Shown here piece after piece: positions 48,100 to 60,329 of a stretch of 64,000 bases of DNA; the stretch's first letter is position 1; each line of letters starts with the position of its first letter. The translations under genes and the position numbers were made by a program. The DNA comes from Perna viridis. Lineage: Eukaryota. The notes under the pieces are model-generated. The model saw only the letters and a program-made list of their open reading frames with translations, searched no databases and was not told the DNA's origin. The DNA is taken from positions 35,377,626 to 35,441,625 of the forward strand of contig CM074516.1 of assembly GCA_037379345.1 (NCBI GenBank). Direction: 5' to 3'.

Positions 48100-49110
48100 A
48101 TACGATGTAATAGCCATGATACCATATCCAGGTGACAACGGAGATATTAAAGAACTACTATTTTAGCAATTTGTTCGCGACCTCGGAAATCTGTGGTTTC
48201 TTAATGATCCGTCATTGTATTTCAGCAAGAGTTTCAACGGTTGAGAGAATTAAACGACGAAGCGGATTGAGACGACGGCAAAACCGCAGCGATCTCGTAT
48301 TAGTCGCTCAGAAAATATATGAAGTCCGGAGAGAAGGTCATATAAATCTTGGATATAGGTTTTCATGGAGACTTTTGAATACACGCCACCACCTCTCTGT
48401 CAGTCAGGAAACCGTGAGGCACTTGTTGCGAATGATAGATGGAGAAGGTGTTAATTTGAGAACAAGACATCTATTACACAGGAGGACTTACTTCAACAGA
48501 GGACCAAATTTTCTTGTACACATAGACGGTTATGAAAAATTAAAACCGTTTGGAATTGCAGTTCATGGTGCTATTGATGGATTTTCCTGCAAAATATTAT
48601 GGCTACACGCTGGACCTTCTAACAACAATCCAAGGTATATTGCGAAGTATTTTTTAGATTTTATCCGAGAAAGGAGGTGTTTGCCGCGTGCAATACGTTC
48701 TGATCATGGTACCGAGAATGTATTGATTAGAGATCTAAAGATGGCGTTGAGATTTAATCATCACGATGACATGTCCGAATCTTTTTATTTGGAAGATCTA
48801 CTGAAAAATACATTGAAGGATATGCCTGATGCTGGTGATTTTTCTCCTAGCAACCCACTACATATAGAATGTGTTCGTTTTTTGTTTTCTTCTCCTCATG
48901 CAATCTCAATTACAGACATTTATGGATATTTGGAATTCTTACCGAATAAGACCACAAAGAAGACTAGGAGAAAGCCTGCGGGCATTCCAAATGTACTTTA
49001 CTGTCAACCACAGATGTATAACTGTGCATACTATTCGTTTGCTCTTCCATGTAATTTACAATCTATAGATGCTCTTAGCAGGGATTATTCAGATGATATG
49101 CCGGTTTTGA
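48100..49110 (+). pseudogene. IS3/IS481-like (IS3EU-type) eukaryotic DDE transposase, decayed
   Basis: HTH-like N-terminus; LGYR...VSQETVR; GPNFLVHIDGYEKLKPFGIAVHGAIDGFS; PRAIRSDHGTEN; frameshifted WNSYRIR. The region around the third catalytic residue looks deleted. Confidence 0.8.
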
Positions 49111-49267
49111 ACAAAACATTGTCGAATACTCAAACTTTGTCTCCTATAGAAATAATGCCAGGCTTTCCTGAGCGCTTACCAAAATTTCTACCACAGCCAA
49201 ACTTTTTACATAGGACCCTATATGAAAGCCAGGTGAACGCTAGATTTGGCTACTTATTTCGGTTTGT

Positions 49268-49372
49268 ATGAATATGAGTACCAACAACTGGAAATGAAAC
49301 AACTGGGTCGATGCCCCTTCTGGTGGACCAGAAGTCCCGAGGGTATTCTCAAGCCCAGTTATCAGACTCGTC
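49268..49372 (+). ncRNA. Degenerate type I hammerhead-ribozyme-like motif
   Basis: atATGAG-tacc-aacaact-ggaaat-GAAAC-aactggg...cccagtt-ATC. Stem III is perfect, but the CUGA box and stem II are mutated. Confidence 0.35.
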
Positions 49373-49406
49373 TGACATTAATTTTAGTACATAGTGTTTT
49401 ATAGAA

Positions 49407-49926
49407 AGGATTAGGTGTATTAAGCCCTAAATTGGCCCAAAATTAAAGTTATATTACAGTCATAAACTGTTGTGAAAACGTCTTTAAGTCAGTGCCTTTT
49501 AATAAAGCACATCTTAACCTAATATACATTTTACGATTTCGTAGTAACAAAATTTATCACTTTAAAGAAATTTGTGAAAAGTACAATAAAATGACATATT
49601 TTCCATGTTTTTAGGAGAAAATGAATGTGCTCGTATGCAACTTACAATAAGATATTTTAAGTGTACATTCGATTTGTATGAATTTCAAATTTGAGAAAAA
49701 CCTACAAAATTCGTGCTTTTTTATGTAACTTCGGCGTTTTAGCAAAAGATAGTATCTTTATATGGACATTTCAACATTACATTAAGCACAAGTCTCAAGT
49801 TACTGATAAATCTCTTTTATACAGATCTTTTTTGATAATTATAACTATAAAACACATTACATTTACATTTTAAAATGTTTAGCTGAAATACGGGGCTTAA
49901 ATCAGTGCTTATGACACCTACTCCTT
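49407..49926. mobile_element. MITE
   Basis: Imperfect TIR aaggattaggtgtattaagc / gcttatgacacctactcctt. Confidence 0.55.
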
Positions 49927-50182
49927 TGCCATATTTATTTAAATTCTAAACCCTCGAAATATGGAGTAGGCTTCATTTTTTGTTTACACATGGCAGATGT
50001 AATTTTTTCCGTTGTATTTAGCTACTTATTTCAGTCTGTTTGAATATGAATATTTTTCTTTACTGTTTGGATACTCCTTGAAACACGTATACAGCGTACC
50101 AAAATTCACAATATTTACACGACACTGGTATTCCCTATTTTTTAGTTATTTGGCAGAAATTGCAGTTGGACCCCTTATTGTA

Positions 50183-50660
50183 TTTTTATACACCCGTCTT
50201 TTAGACAGGACGTATTATGGTAATGTTGTCCGTTCGTCCGTCGTCAACACTTCGCACTCTAACTCAAACATGCTTTGAGCAATTCTCTTGAAACTTTGGT
50301 AAATTATTTGTATCTAGTATTAATGTAAGCTCCATTTCGTTTGATAAAAAATCCTATTTTTCCCCGATTTATGGGACTTAATTCATAAAAACGGTTTTCG
50401 CACTCTACTGAAAAATGCTTTGAGTAATTTTCCTGAAACGTCGGTGGATTGTTTACATCTATTTGCGGAAACTCCCTTTCATTTTTTATAAATTCCCAAT
50501 TTTTCCTTTTACGAGTTATGGGACTTCATTCTTAAAAAATGGGGGTTATCCACGATTTTGCAGTTTTCGCACTCTAACTCAAAAAATGCTTCTAGCAATT
50601 TTCATGAAACTTTGGTGAATTGTTCATTTGTTCATGTCTATTGGAGTAAGCTCCCTTTAT
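50183..50660 (-). repeat. HINE-like element with three internal units of about 150-170 bp
   Basis: cgcactcta...atgct...gaaac units near 50253, 50399 and 50567; terminal hairpin cccgtct-ttt-agacagg; gtcc microsatellite. Confidence 0.65.
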
Positions 50661-50749
50661 ATATATATATATATTTCATTTTACTTGTTTTTTATTTGGG
50701 GGGGGGTTATTTTTAAATTTTTGGTCAATGGAATTCCTTAGTATAATTG

Positions 50750-51160
50750 TTAGAGGATGATTGCTAATTTGTTAGCGATTTCATCTTCTAATGAAAGGGT
50801 TGTATTGCCGTGTTTAAGATGTTTTACGGAAGTTTTGGTGTTTGTGCCTTTTATTTTTGAATAAAATTCCAAACCTTGTTCATTGGAGTGGTGGATTTGA
50901 TGTTTGACAATCTTTTCAAAGAAATGCGTCTTGCCTGTTTGCATGTCCTGCGCGCTTTGGCTCGAAAACCTCGAAAAAGTTTTCAGAGGTTGGATGGTTA
51001 TCAAAGCGCCGATGTGGCTTGTTCCGAGCGGCAATAGCCTTATCACAGTCATCAGTATACTTTGGTTTATTTGGACACCTTGACGGTTCTTCTGTGCAAA
51101 GAGATTGAAAGGAAGGCCAGTCAGCTTTTCTAATTTCCAACAAGGAAGTCGCTCTTGAAT
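50750..51160 (-). pseudogene. LINE ORF2 linker remnant (I/Nimb-like)
   Basis: RKADWPSFQSLC, DDCDKAIAARNK and KIKG...EIANKLA motifs. Confidence 0.55.
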
Positions 51161-51234
51161 TGAAGAAAAAAGTCGTCTATTTTTTTACCTTTGTCATTGA
51201 GAGATTTACAGCCCACATTAGATTTGAGCGTTGA

Positions 51235-53130
51235 AATCTCCCAATAACATAAAGGGTGTCGATCACCTGACTTAAACAGGCCTATTTAGATATCTCTGCA
51301 TGATGAATTGAAAACTAATGATGGCCATCATGGAAGCAGATTGGGTCACTTTGAAAGTCATCATGACCACCTAAGTGTTTGCGTCAAGTTGGCTTACTAA
51401 CACATCTAGTTTCTGAGGATAAAAAAATCTCAATATTTTTCCCATAGGGTCCTAGTTAAAACTATGTTTGCTGATGGTTGCCAACTTGAATTTGCCGCGT
51501 GGTTTCTGACCAGAAGATCTTTAAACATTTTTCCATAGGGATCTATGTTAAAACTATGTCCATATCTTGATTTTCCAATCGGCATAAAAAAATATATACT
51601 TTTGTAGAGGACCTTCCAGTGAACACGCATGCAACAAATCAATTCAATTGGCCTTGGTGGTTTCTGAAAAGAAGAGCTTCAAAGGTTTAACACAATTGGA
51701 ACAAGTTTTCTGCCCTTGGCGGCCATGTTGATTTTCTGATCGGTACGAAAAACATAACTATTGTAGAACACCATCTACTGAACATCCATGCCAAGTTTCG
51801 TTAAAATTGATCATGTTGTTTCAGAAAAGATCAAAATGTGAACAGCTAATGATGGACAACGACGGACGCTCATGGGTAGCAAAACCTCACACGACCCTTT
51901 GGGTCAGGATGAGCTAAAAATGACAACCAGAACTGACGGACGCTCAGTGGTAGCAATAGACCTTTGGTCAGGTGGGCTGAAAACAATATGTTCAGATGAT
52001 ATTTGTAACAAGAGGCTCCAAGGAGCCTGAGTCGCTCACCTGGTATATAAGCCTTGTAAATATTTTCGCTCTGAACATTTCTGCAATTAAAGTTTCTTTC
52101 TATCTGTAACAGTTGCAAAAAAAAACAGTAAAATTTGTGAAAAATGGTTATTAAAGGGTAACAACTCCTGGACATCATTGGACCATTTCGGTCTGATTTT
52201 CTTTTTTAGATCTAATATTGTTAAACATTTTTCAATTTAAAGTTTCTTTCTAAATATTATAGTTTTTGAAATAATAGCCAAAAATGGAAAAAAATCGTGA
52301 AAACTTGTCAATAAAGGGCAATAACTCCTATAAGACATCATCAGACGATTTTGGCCATATTGACTTTTTTGTAGATCTAATATTGGTGAACGTTTTAGCA
52401 ATTTAAAGTTTCTTTCTTTGTATTATATTTTCTGAAATGATAGCCAAAAAAACGGAAAAATTTGTGAAAAATCATCTATTAAGGGCAATAACTCCTATAA
52501 GACATCGTCTGACGGCTTTGATCCAAATAGACCAAAGGTAGATCTCATCATTCTGATCATTGTCCTTGTCAGATTTTCTCTATCTTAAATGGTTTTTGAG
52601 ATACAATTCAATTTTGTGTTTTAGCCCTGGCGGCCATGTTTTTTCATCGGCGAAAATAATCGACACAATTTTGAAAAGGATGATTGTTGTAAAGTTTGGT
52701 AATGATTGGCCTTGTAGTTTTTGAGAAGATTTTTTAAAAAGTTTACGAACGGACGAAGGACGGACGCCAAGTGATGACAATAGCTCACATGGACCTTTGG
52801 TCAAAGTGAGTTCATTATTTATGACTGCTCAGTACTATCCAAGACACATCTACTGATAGTTTCTATGCTTAGTTCTAAAGAAATGAAGTTTAACGCAAAA
52901 CTTAACCAGAGTCCTTCAAACATAAAATGTAGGTCGTATTGTCCCAATTATTGTATGACTGCTCAGTACTATCCATGACACATCTGCTGATCAAGTTTCA
53001 TTGATACACTATGCATAGTTCCAAAGAAATAGACTTCAATGCAAAACTTAACCTGATAGTTCAGATGTTCATACGGACAGAAAAGGATAACACTATATGC
53101 CCCTCCACATTCGTGAGCGGATAAAAAAAA
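51235..53130. repeat. Cluster of nested HINE-like elements
   Basis: Repeated 3' ends with gacggacg plus gacc(c)tttgg(g)tc-a-gtgagct hairpins (about 51900, 51965, 52800); 5' end aacaagaggctccaaggagcc at 52007; about 165-bp tandem units at 52080-52590. Confidence 0.65.
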
Positions 53131-53631
53131 TACCTACAGGCAGACATTGGATGCAATGTGATAGCAATAGTTCCCCAACATTTAGGTCATTTGAGATAAT
53201 ATTATGTTATGGTACCAGATTGTTACTATATGTCATGTGACCTTGACCTTTGAAAGGATGGCCTTACACAAATCAGCTTCTAGCCATCAGACATATAGCA
53301 ATTTACCCAAGTTTATTTGAACTCTCTGAGTTGTTTGGAAACCATTTATTCTGGAAAACTATCAAGTCCAAATGGAATAAGGGAGTTTAACTTCCTTGTG
53401 AATAAGCTAAAATTCCACATGATTACTGTGCCCTATCAGAACAAATTGTCCTAATCATAAACTGTAGGGCAAGACATAAGCTATTTCAAATTGAAAATAA
53501 TATCTTTATTGAATAAAAGAAATTAAACAAATACAAAGTCTTATGGTTGTTTCAGCAAAACATATATGGGACAGGGGGAAAGAACTTTAATTTGCTATTA
53601 AGAATCTAGATTTGCCTTTTTGGTTGGTTAC

Positions 53632-54360
53632 CTAAATTTTCAAGTACCTTTGTTGCAATGTATGTTTTGCTAAAACAGCCCTTGCCATTACAAACAGTGT
53701 GTAGAAAATTTTAAACTTGACCTTTTGCCACTGAGTGTCCATATATTTCTCTACATTATATTTATCAGAAGGTTCAATAGAGGCGTGTTCATATCTTAAG
53801 TTTGCGCAATATATCATCATTACCTTGATGTGCTTCAATTTAAATAAAATCTTACAGGCATCAAAACTCTCTAGTTTGTCTAACTTGAACAATGACATTT
53901 GGTGATACAAGAGTAAATGATATATACAAGTACTTGAGATTTTCTAAGAATTTGATGTTTTGAATCTGTTTATTGTCAATACCAGTACTTGACAAATCTA
54001 ATGTGTTTATACTTTTATTTGACATTTTTTTTTTATAAAAATGATAAATCATTTAAAGGAGTTTCTGCCAACTGTAAGGTATTCAATATTGTTGCATTTG
54101 ATAATCTTGAGATCATCCAATTAAACTTATTTATTGGAATAATGACATTCTGAAAAGACAACTGCAGACATTTTATCCATCTCACATTTGTCAAGATAAG
54201 TTTAAGAACGGCAAATTCCACCATCCTATATAAGCAAGGGTTGCACATGATTATCTTATAGAAGGATGAGCGAACTCTTGAGAAAACAGTCAATAATTCA
54301 TCCACTGGTATATGTTTCATTATATGCACTAACACTTTCACTGGCAAATGCAAAAACTAA
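53632..54360 (-). pseudogene. F-box/LRR protein gene, frameshifted
   Basis: HLPVKVLVHIMKHIPVDELLTVFSRV (F-box); LNTLQLAET, INTLDLSSTGI and LKYLYISFT (LRR-like). Frame breaks occur mostly at homopolymers. Confidence 0.65.
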
Positions 54361-54769
54361 AAAGAAGTAATAAATGTCATGAAAGTTCAAACAACCCCTA
54401 CATAAAAAAACTATCAAAAAAAATTTAACTGTTTGAAATTTTCAGCAATTGGAAAAGACAACATGTGAACACCACTACTCTATTTAAAATAAAGGATATG
54501 GCATAATATTATGTGGAAAAAAAAACTTTTTTGATCACTTGGGGGCAACAAAAATTCAAAGCAACAACTATGTAAACTTGAATACAAATTGAATAAGACT
54601 TTCTCAAGATATTACACAATGGAAAAAGTGATATTTATAAAACAATAAACTGTCTTAAAAAGGTTATTGCATAAAATATAATAAAATCGATAGCAACATT
54701 TTCCAAGCCATCAAAATTAATGACCTCCACTGATCACTTATGAAATAAAACATAGCTAAAATCCAAAAC

Positions 54770-55225
54770 TACACATGCATAATCAATGGTTACTGACCAT
54801 TAACTCAATGTCAATTAAACAAGTGAGCTAAAAAGTAAAAGTACATTAATACACAGAATTCTTTCAATGGAGAATCTCTTCTAACCATAACTTGTTTTTT
54901 TCATGATAAAAATGAATGTAAAACTCTCACACTTTATTTGTGCAATGTGATTGTCAAATGTGAGATAACATTTTGACTTGAACCAAATTACACATGCTTA
55001 ATCAATGTCCCAATGGTTACTGACCATTAACTCAATGTCAATTAAAATCATAAACAGGTGAGCTTAAAAGTAAAAATATGTTAATACAAAGAATTCTTTA
55101 AATTGAGAATCTCTTCTCAGCATAACTTGCTTCTGTTAATGACCAAAAATGAATGTAACATTTCTACACTTTGTTTGTGCACTGTGATTGTAAATTGTGA
55201 GATAACCTTTGGACTTTAACCAAAG
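54770..55225. repeat. Diverged tandem duplication of about 220-235 bp
   Basis: tacacatgc.taatcaatg...ttgga(c)tt.aaccaaa occurs at 54770-54987 and 54988-55223. Confidence 0.85.
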
Positions 55226-55899
55226 TAAACTCTTTTAACTTGGTCTATTCTTGATCTACATCTTGAACAGTCAGTTTTGTTCAATTCCAAATGCATACCC
55301 CATTATAAGCAGAAGGCGTGATAACAAGGATCCAGTACAGCATTGATTTCACTGTCATTACAGACTGGGCATAGATTATTACCACTTGAGTTCTGGTTGG
55401 TCGTTCCACTTGTTCCAGGGTTGCTCATACCAGTTGTGATCAGGTTGCTTGTTCCACTTGTTCCAGTGTTGTTTAGACCAGTTATGATGAGGTTGCTTGT
55501 TCCACTTTTTCCAGGGTTGTTCATACCAGTTGAGATTGGATTGTTTATTCCACTTGTACAAGAGCTGTTTAAAAAAGTTCCAGGTGTGCTGGGATGGTGT
55601 ACCTGAAAAATATTTTATCAGTATAGGTGAGCTTACAAAAAGTTTAATCACATGCAATTTTTTTACCATGAATGCACTTGTCTAGTTGATAACTTTACAA
55701 AGGACAATACTAATGTTCTAGGGATATCAATTGTGAGTATGATTATTAGCCAGAGAAAACTTGAAACTTGAAGTCAGATTGGGTCACGCCCCCTAAATAA
55801 GTATCCCAGTGATATGCACATTTAAATACTGTCATGAATGCTTTTGAAAATTAGTTCAATGAAAAACTAGGGGTTGGTTTTTTTTTTTTTTTTTTAGTA

Positions 55900-56510
55900 A
55901 ACTTAAACATATGTCTCCCACCTTTTTTTACTGCTTGATAGTTCTATATATGCACAAAAAATGAATGATATGCACATCTTCATTGTCATGATAATTAAAT
56001 GTGTCAAGTTTGATCTCAATGCAAAGTACAAGTATTATCTTAATCCAATGTATGGTGTTGAAGAATTCAAGCTCGAAAGCCATATACTCTATATACTGTA
56101 TACTGAACTTAGTTTTCTAAGTCATTAAGGGCCGTAACTGTGAGAATAAATTGTGAATCGTCAAAAAAGAAGTGATATGCATATCTTCACATCATGATAA
56201 TTAAGTGTGTCAAGTTTTATGTCAATCCAATGTAAGATTTGGAAGAATTTGCACTTGCAAACCATATATCATATATTGAACTGAATTTTCTAAGTCATAA
56301 AGGACCATAACTCTTGGACAAATTTATGGATCGTTGAAAAAAAATATATAAATAAGATGCATATTTTCACATCATGATAATTAAGTGTGACAAGTTTTAT
56401 TTCAATCCCATGGAAGGTGTGGAAGAATTTCCTCTCGCAAAAGTTTTTACACGGACGGAAGGACAAGACAAAGATAACGTGTCCCCTCTGAGAGTAGGAA
56501 GACATAAATA
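55900..56510 (+). repeat. HINE-like element with three internal units of about 190-205 bp
   Basis: atgca.at.ttca...tcatgataattaa.tgtg.caagttt near 55968, 56175 and 56357; acggacgg and a hairpin at the end. Confidence 0.65.
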
Positions 56511-57649
56511 GCTATGAAGATTTTGATATTGTAGACCCCTTCTCTTGAATGCCCGCCCATTTTCTCTTGCATTTACCTCTTTGTGAAAAATTATCTCCTA
56601 TTAAAAGGGCACCCCTTTAACACAGTCAGTGGCCCACTATCACAACCTTAATGGTTCTTTTCACTCTCCATAATGGCCATGATATACCCAACTTCCGATC
56701 CTGACCCCAGACTTTCAGTCAGGTGAGCTAAAAATGAAAGTTAAGTGATTTTTTTTTACCTAGCGATAATTTCAAGAAACCTTCTATTAGAAAAGACAAC
56801 TCATGTTAATGTGAGGTAACTTTGTTTTATGGAAAGACAAAATTCTGATCTTGCAGGCCTTATAAGTCCATCTAGATTTCTATTATCATTCCTCACTTTG
56901 CCTATAGACTGCTTACATTACAAGAGGGGCCTGTCCTATAAGCTGATGCAAGAAAATAAGCATTGATGGATGTTGTTGGTGTCCCTAGATTGATCCATTG
57001 TTTAGATTCTGGCCTGGATTTTGGAGTATCAGTCTGTGTAGCAGCTCTTGGAGCAGGTGATGATAATTTGGGTAGAAAATCACTTTGTTCACTATCAGAA
57101 CTTGATTGACTTTCAATAGAAGGTTCCTGAAATGATGAAATTACAACAATTAAATTCAATAAACATGAAACATTAGACTCAATACCAGTTAAGATATAGA
57201 ATTTATGGTAACACTTCTAGTATCTTTATTTAAGAAGATTTTTCAAAGCCTTGTCCATTTCTATATATATAAATAAAAGAATATAATAATGAAATAACAG
57301 ATACTTGAGATAAAAAAAAAAGTATGATTAACTAATCGTATTGGGATAAATGAATATCGATTAATCGGTAATGTTTCTAGGAAACACGCCTGGAAAACTT
57401 GCAAGTCTCAATTTCAGCCTAACTGATAATTTAACACAAATTCTAACAATCCAAGAATGTCATGTAATGTTAAATACATATAAGGACCGGCACTTGGCTC
57501 TATAATCTAAATATAGCTTTGCATAACCAGGAAGAAATCTTTTTAACAATGCCGACTTCCCATTCCAGACAGTCTTCGAGTATTAAACTGTAGGCTCCCT
57601 GGGGAGCATGTAATTTTCATCTGGTTAACAGTTCCCAAAACAAAGCTGG

Positions 57650-58470
57650 CATTTCAACAATCAATCAAAGTTTGGTATTGAATAAGCAATATTTTGAAAT
57701 AAATTTCCAAAAGTGTACGGTGTTAAACTAAGTTTGGCAATGGCAACTTTCTAGGCTTTACGGCAGGCCATCTGGTACATTTCTGCAGGACCAAGAGATC
57801 ATTCCACAAAAGTTTGGTTTTGATTACAATCCTATGTAAAACTAAGTATGGCTTTGGCCACCATCTTTATCAGTTACCATTCTGGAAGAGACCCATCCAG
57901 TGAAAATTCCTTCAATATTTGGTTACAACTGAGAAAGTGGTTCTAGACAAGAAGCTTTTTATATGAATTTCCAAAGGGTCCTATGTTAAACTAAGTTCCG
58001 TGGTGGCAGCCATCTTGGTTTGCGAGCTGGGTCAACTGATATAATTCTGAAAGAGGATCACCCAAGGACCATTCTATCAAACTTTGGTTGCAACTGAGCA
58101 AGAGGATCCAGACAATAAGATTTTTAAATGTTTTCCCACAGACCTGTTAGTTCGGCTGTGGCGGCCATCTTGGTTAGCAGCCAGTGTCATCGGATACAAT
58201 TCTGAAAGAGGATCATAATCTACCAAAGGTTGTTCGAAATTGGCTCTGCGATTTCAAAGGAGAGGATTTTTTTATTACCACCCCCCTTTTTCTATTCAGG
58301 GCCCAGGATATATAAATTTGAAGGAGGACTACTCAAGGACCATTCTATCAATGTTTGGTGAAAATTGACACACTGCGGTTTCAGAAGATTAAAATGTGAA
58401 TTGTGGACAGACAGAAAACGGATACAAGTGATGGCAATAGCTCATATTGCCTTTACGCCAGGTGAGTTAA
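57650..58470 (+). repeat. HINE-like element with internal tandem units
   Basis: Recurrent tatgttaaactaagt...gccatctt...attctg units; ends ggacagacag...aggtgagttaa. Confidence 0.55.
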
Positions 58471-60329
58471 TATTGTTCACCTGGTTGTTTATACACCTTG
58501 CTATGTGTAATAAAAGTGTAATTTAAACCATTTTTTTTCTTCAATTTTTAGTTGATATTATTGAAATAACAAACATTAGTTAACTAGAATCAAAAAAGTT
58601 GTTTTTAAATATGCAAAAATAATCCAAACAGGCTAATTATCAGTTGTACCAGTATTAAATAATTTTGTGACCAAAATTGTGCCATCTCCGATTTTTCTCA
58701 AAACTTTAGAAAAAAGATGTGAATACAGTTACCCTTTATTTGACTGAAGTATTTTAACTTTAGTCCAACATTTATTTCTTACAGTTTTCAACTGCAAAAA
58801 TAAAACATAAAGTGGTGCGTTCGAATAGGTATAAACATGCGCACCTGCTTCTTTGTCTTTTTATTTGTACACATTAAAAAGTATATATGAATACTCTAAA
58901 GGTAATTTGTCATAATCTGCCATTGATTATACAAAGTTATATGTTAGAATTTACAAGGCATGTCGAATGAACTCCAAACTAATTGTAAACGGGGAACCCT
59001 GCATATAAATAGATATTTGTGTAAGGAGAAAATAATAATTTTCAATAAATAATTTTAAGACAAAACTTTGCGTCAGCTTCAGATTTTGACAAAATCTTTT
59101 TAAAACAAATAATTGAACAATATTCTCTAAATCAAATGGCCGGGATCTATAGCCAAAGTCAAAATCGGACAGATATCGATTATTTTGAGTTGGGAGAGTT
59201 TTTTTGGGCAAAAAGAAATATTTATGTTTTCAAAATATAGCAATTACCTTTACTTTCGTTGTCACGAATATGTAAAAAAAAAAATTTTTTTTTAAATCAA
59301 CTGTGTTTTATCAATTCTGTTTGATACTCTGTAACAATGTAATGTATTATTAAATGATTCCTTTTAATAAATTTGACCAAATATACAAAATCATCACACA
59401 GGAGAAATTCTACGGGGGAGATTACATTTAGTAACCTGTTTTCCATCCGAATAAAGTATATAAAAACACCCTTTACAGTGCTGCTGTGAGACGTAATACA
59501 CAATTAAATATACTTCACCTTTTCTTTTGTGAACAGATAAATGTGTGGCTTTTCTTTACCAATGTATTCCACGGTTGGAAAGTCTAATTGTTCCCCAGAA
59601 TATGCACCAATGTATGCCTCCAGCTTACTGATGCAGCCTTTGTAATTTCTTCCATTAGGGAAAAAAGATTCTTTTAAGTTCATCTAATATCTCGTCTTGG
59701 CTTAGATCCTTGCTTAATTGAACAGGTCTAGGACCACTATGGGGGGGACTTTTTAGTATTTTTTTTGTAGGATGTATTTGGATTGAGTATAAAAGTAGTG
59801 TTGCCAGCCAACGATGCAAGTCTTGGTACAGTAGGTTCTCTTCTGTTTCTGAAAGTAAAAAGAGCAATTAACAATGTATCTGTGACCTACTATTCACTCA
59901 GTTTACCCCAAATATTAGTAAATTGCTCATATGTTAAAGAAATACAATGAGTCGCTAGACATGAAGTAGATATACGACAGACCATCAAGTTCTTCAGGGT
60001 CATTCAAGCATGAAAACTAGGTCAAGGATTAATGACACATGTCAGACTGACAAGTACTAGTATACATGAATTTCCTATTGGTGCATTTTCAAGGGAATTT
60101 ATGTCACAAAACAAACTTTTTGACGTCATGATGTAAACTGGCACAATTCATTAACAAACAAGAAAAGAAGTATGCCCCAACCTCCTCTCCTGCATTTGAT
60201 ACTTATAGTTATGGACAAAGTTGTTTTGTTATGCACATTTTTTTTAAATTAAGTGTGTCTGTAAGACACAACTGATGCCCCCACCTGACCATAAGAAATC
60301 TTAACTAATCAAAAGGTATTCAGAAAGTA

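Larger units (their letters stand above)
55217..59848 (-). pseudogene. Spliced gene (exons about 59848-59519, 57127-56760, 55602-55217) with a putative globular domain, Ser/Thr linker, GTSNL repeats and a C-terminal RING finger; disrupted
   Basis: tttcag acceptors at 59848, 57127 and 55602. Reads IVGWQH...GPRPVQL...LKRIFFPNG...HIYLFTK, then CPVCNDSEINAVLDPCYHAFC...CSRCRSRIDQVKRVYF (C3HC4-type). Contains a stop and frameshifts. Joining of these exons into one gene is inferred. Confidence 0.55.

Noticed and set aside
48132-49271. Bacterial IS element or contamination
   Set aside because: It is embedded among eukaryotic repeats and spliced genes with matching base composition; the motifs fit eukaryotic IS3-like transposases.
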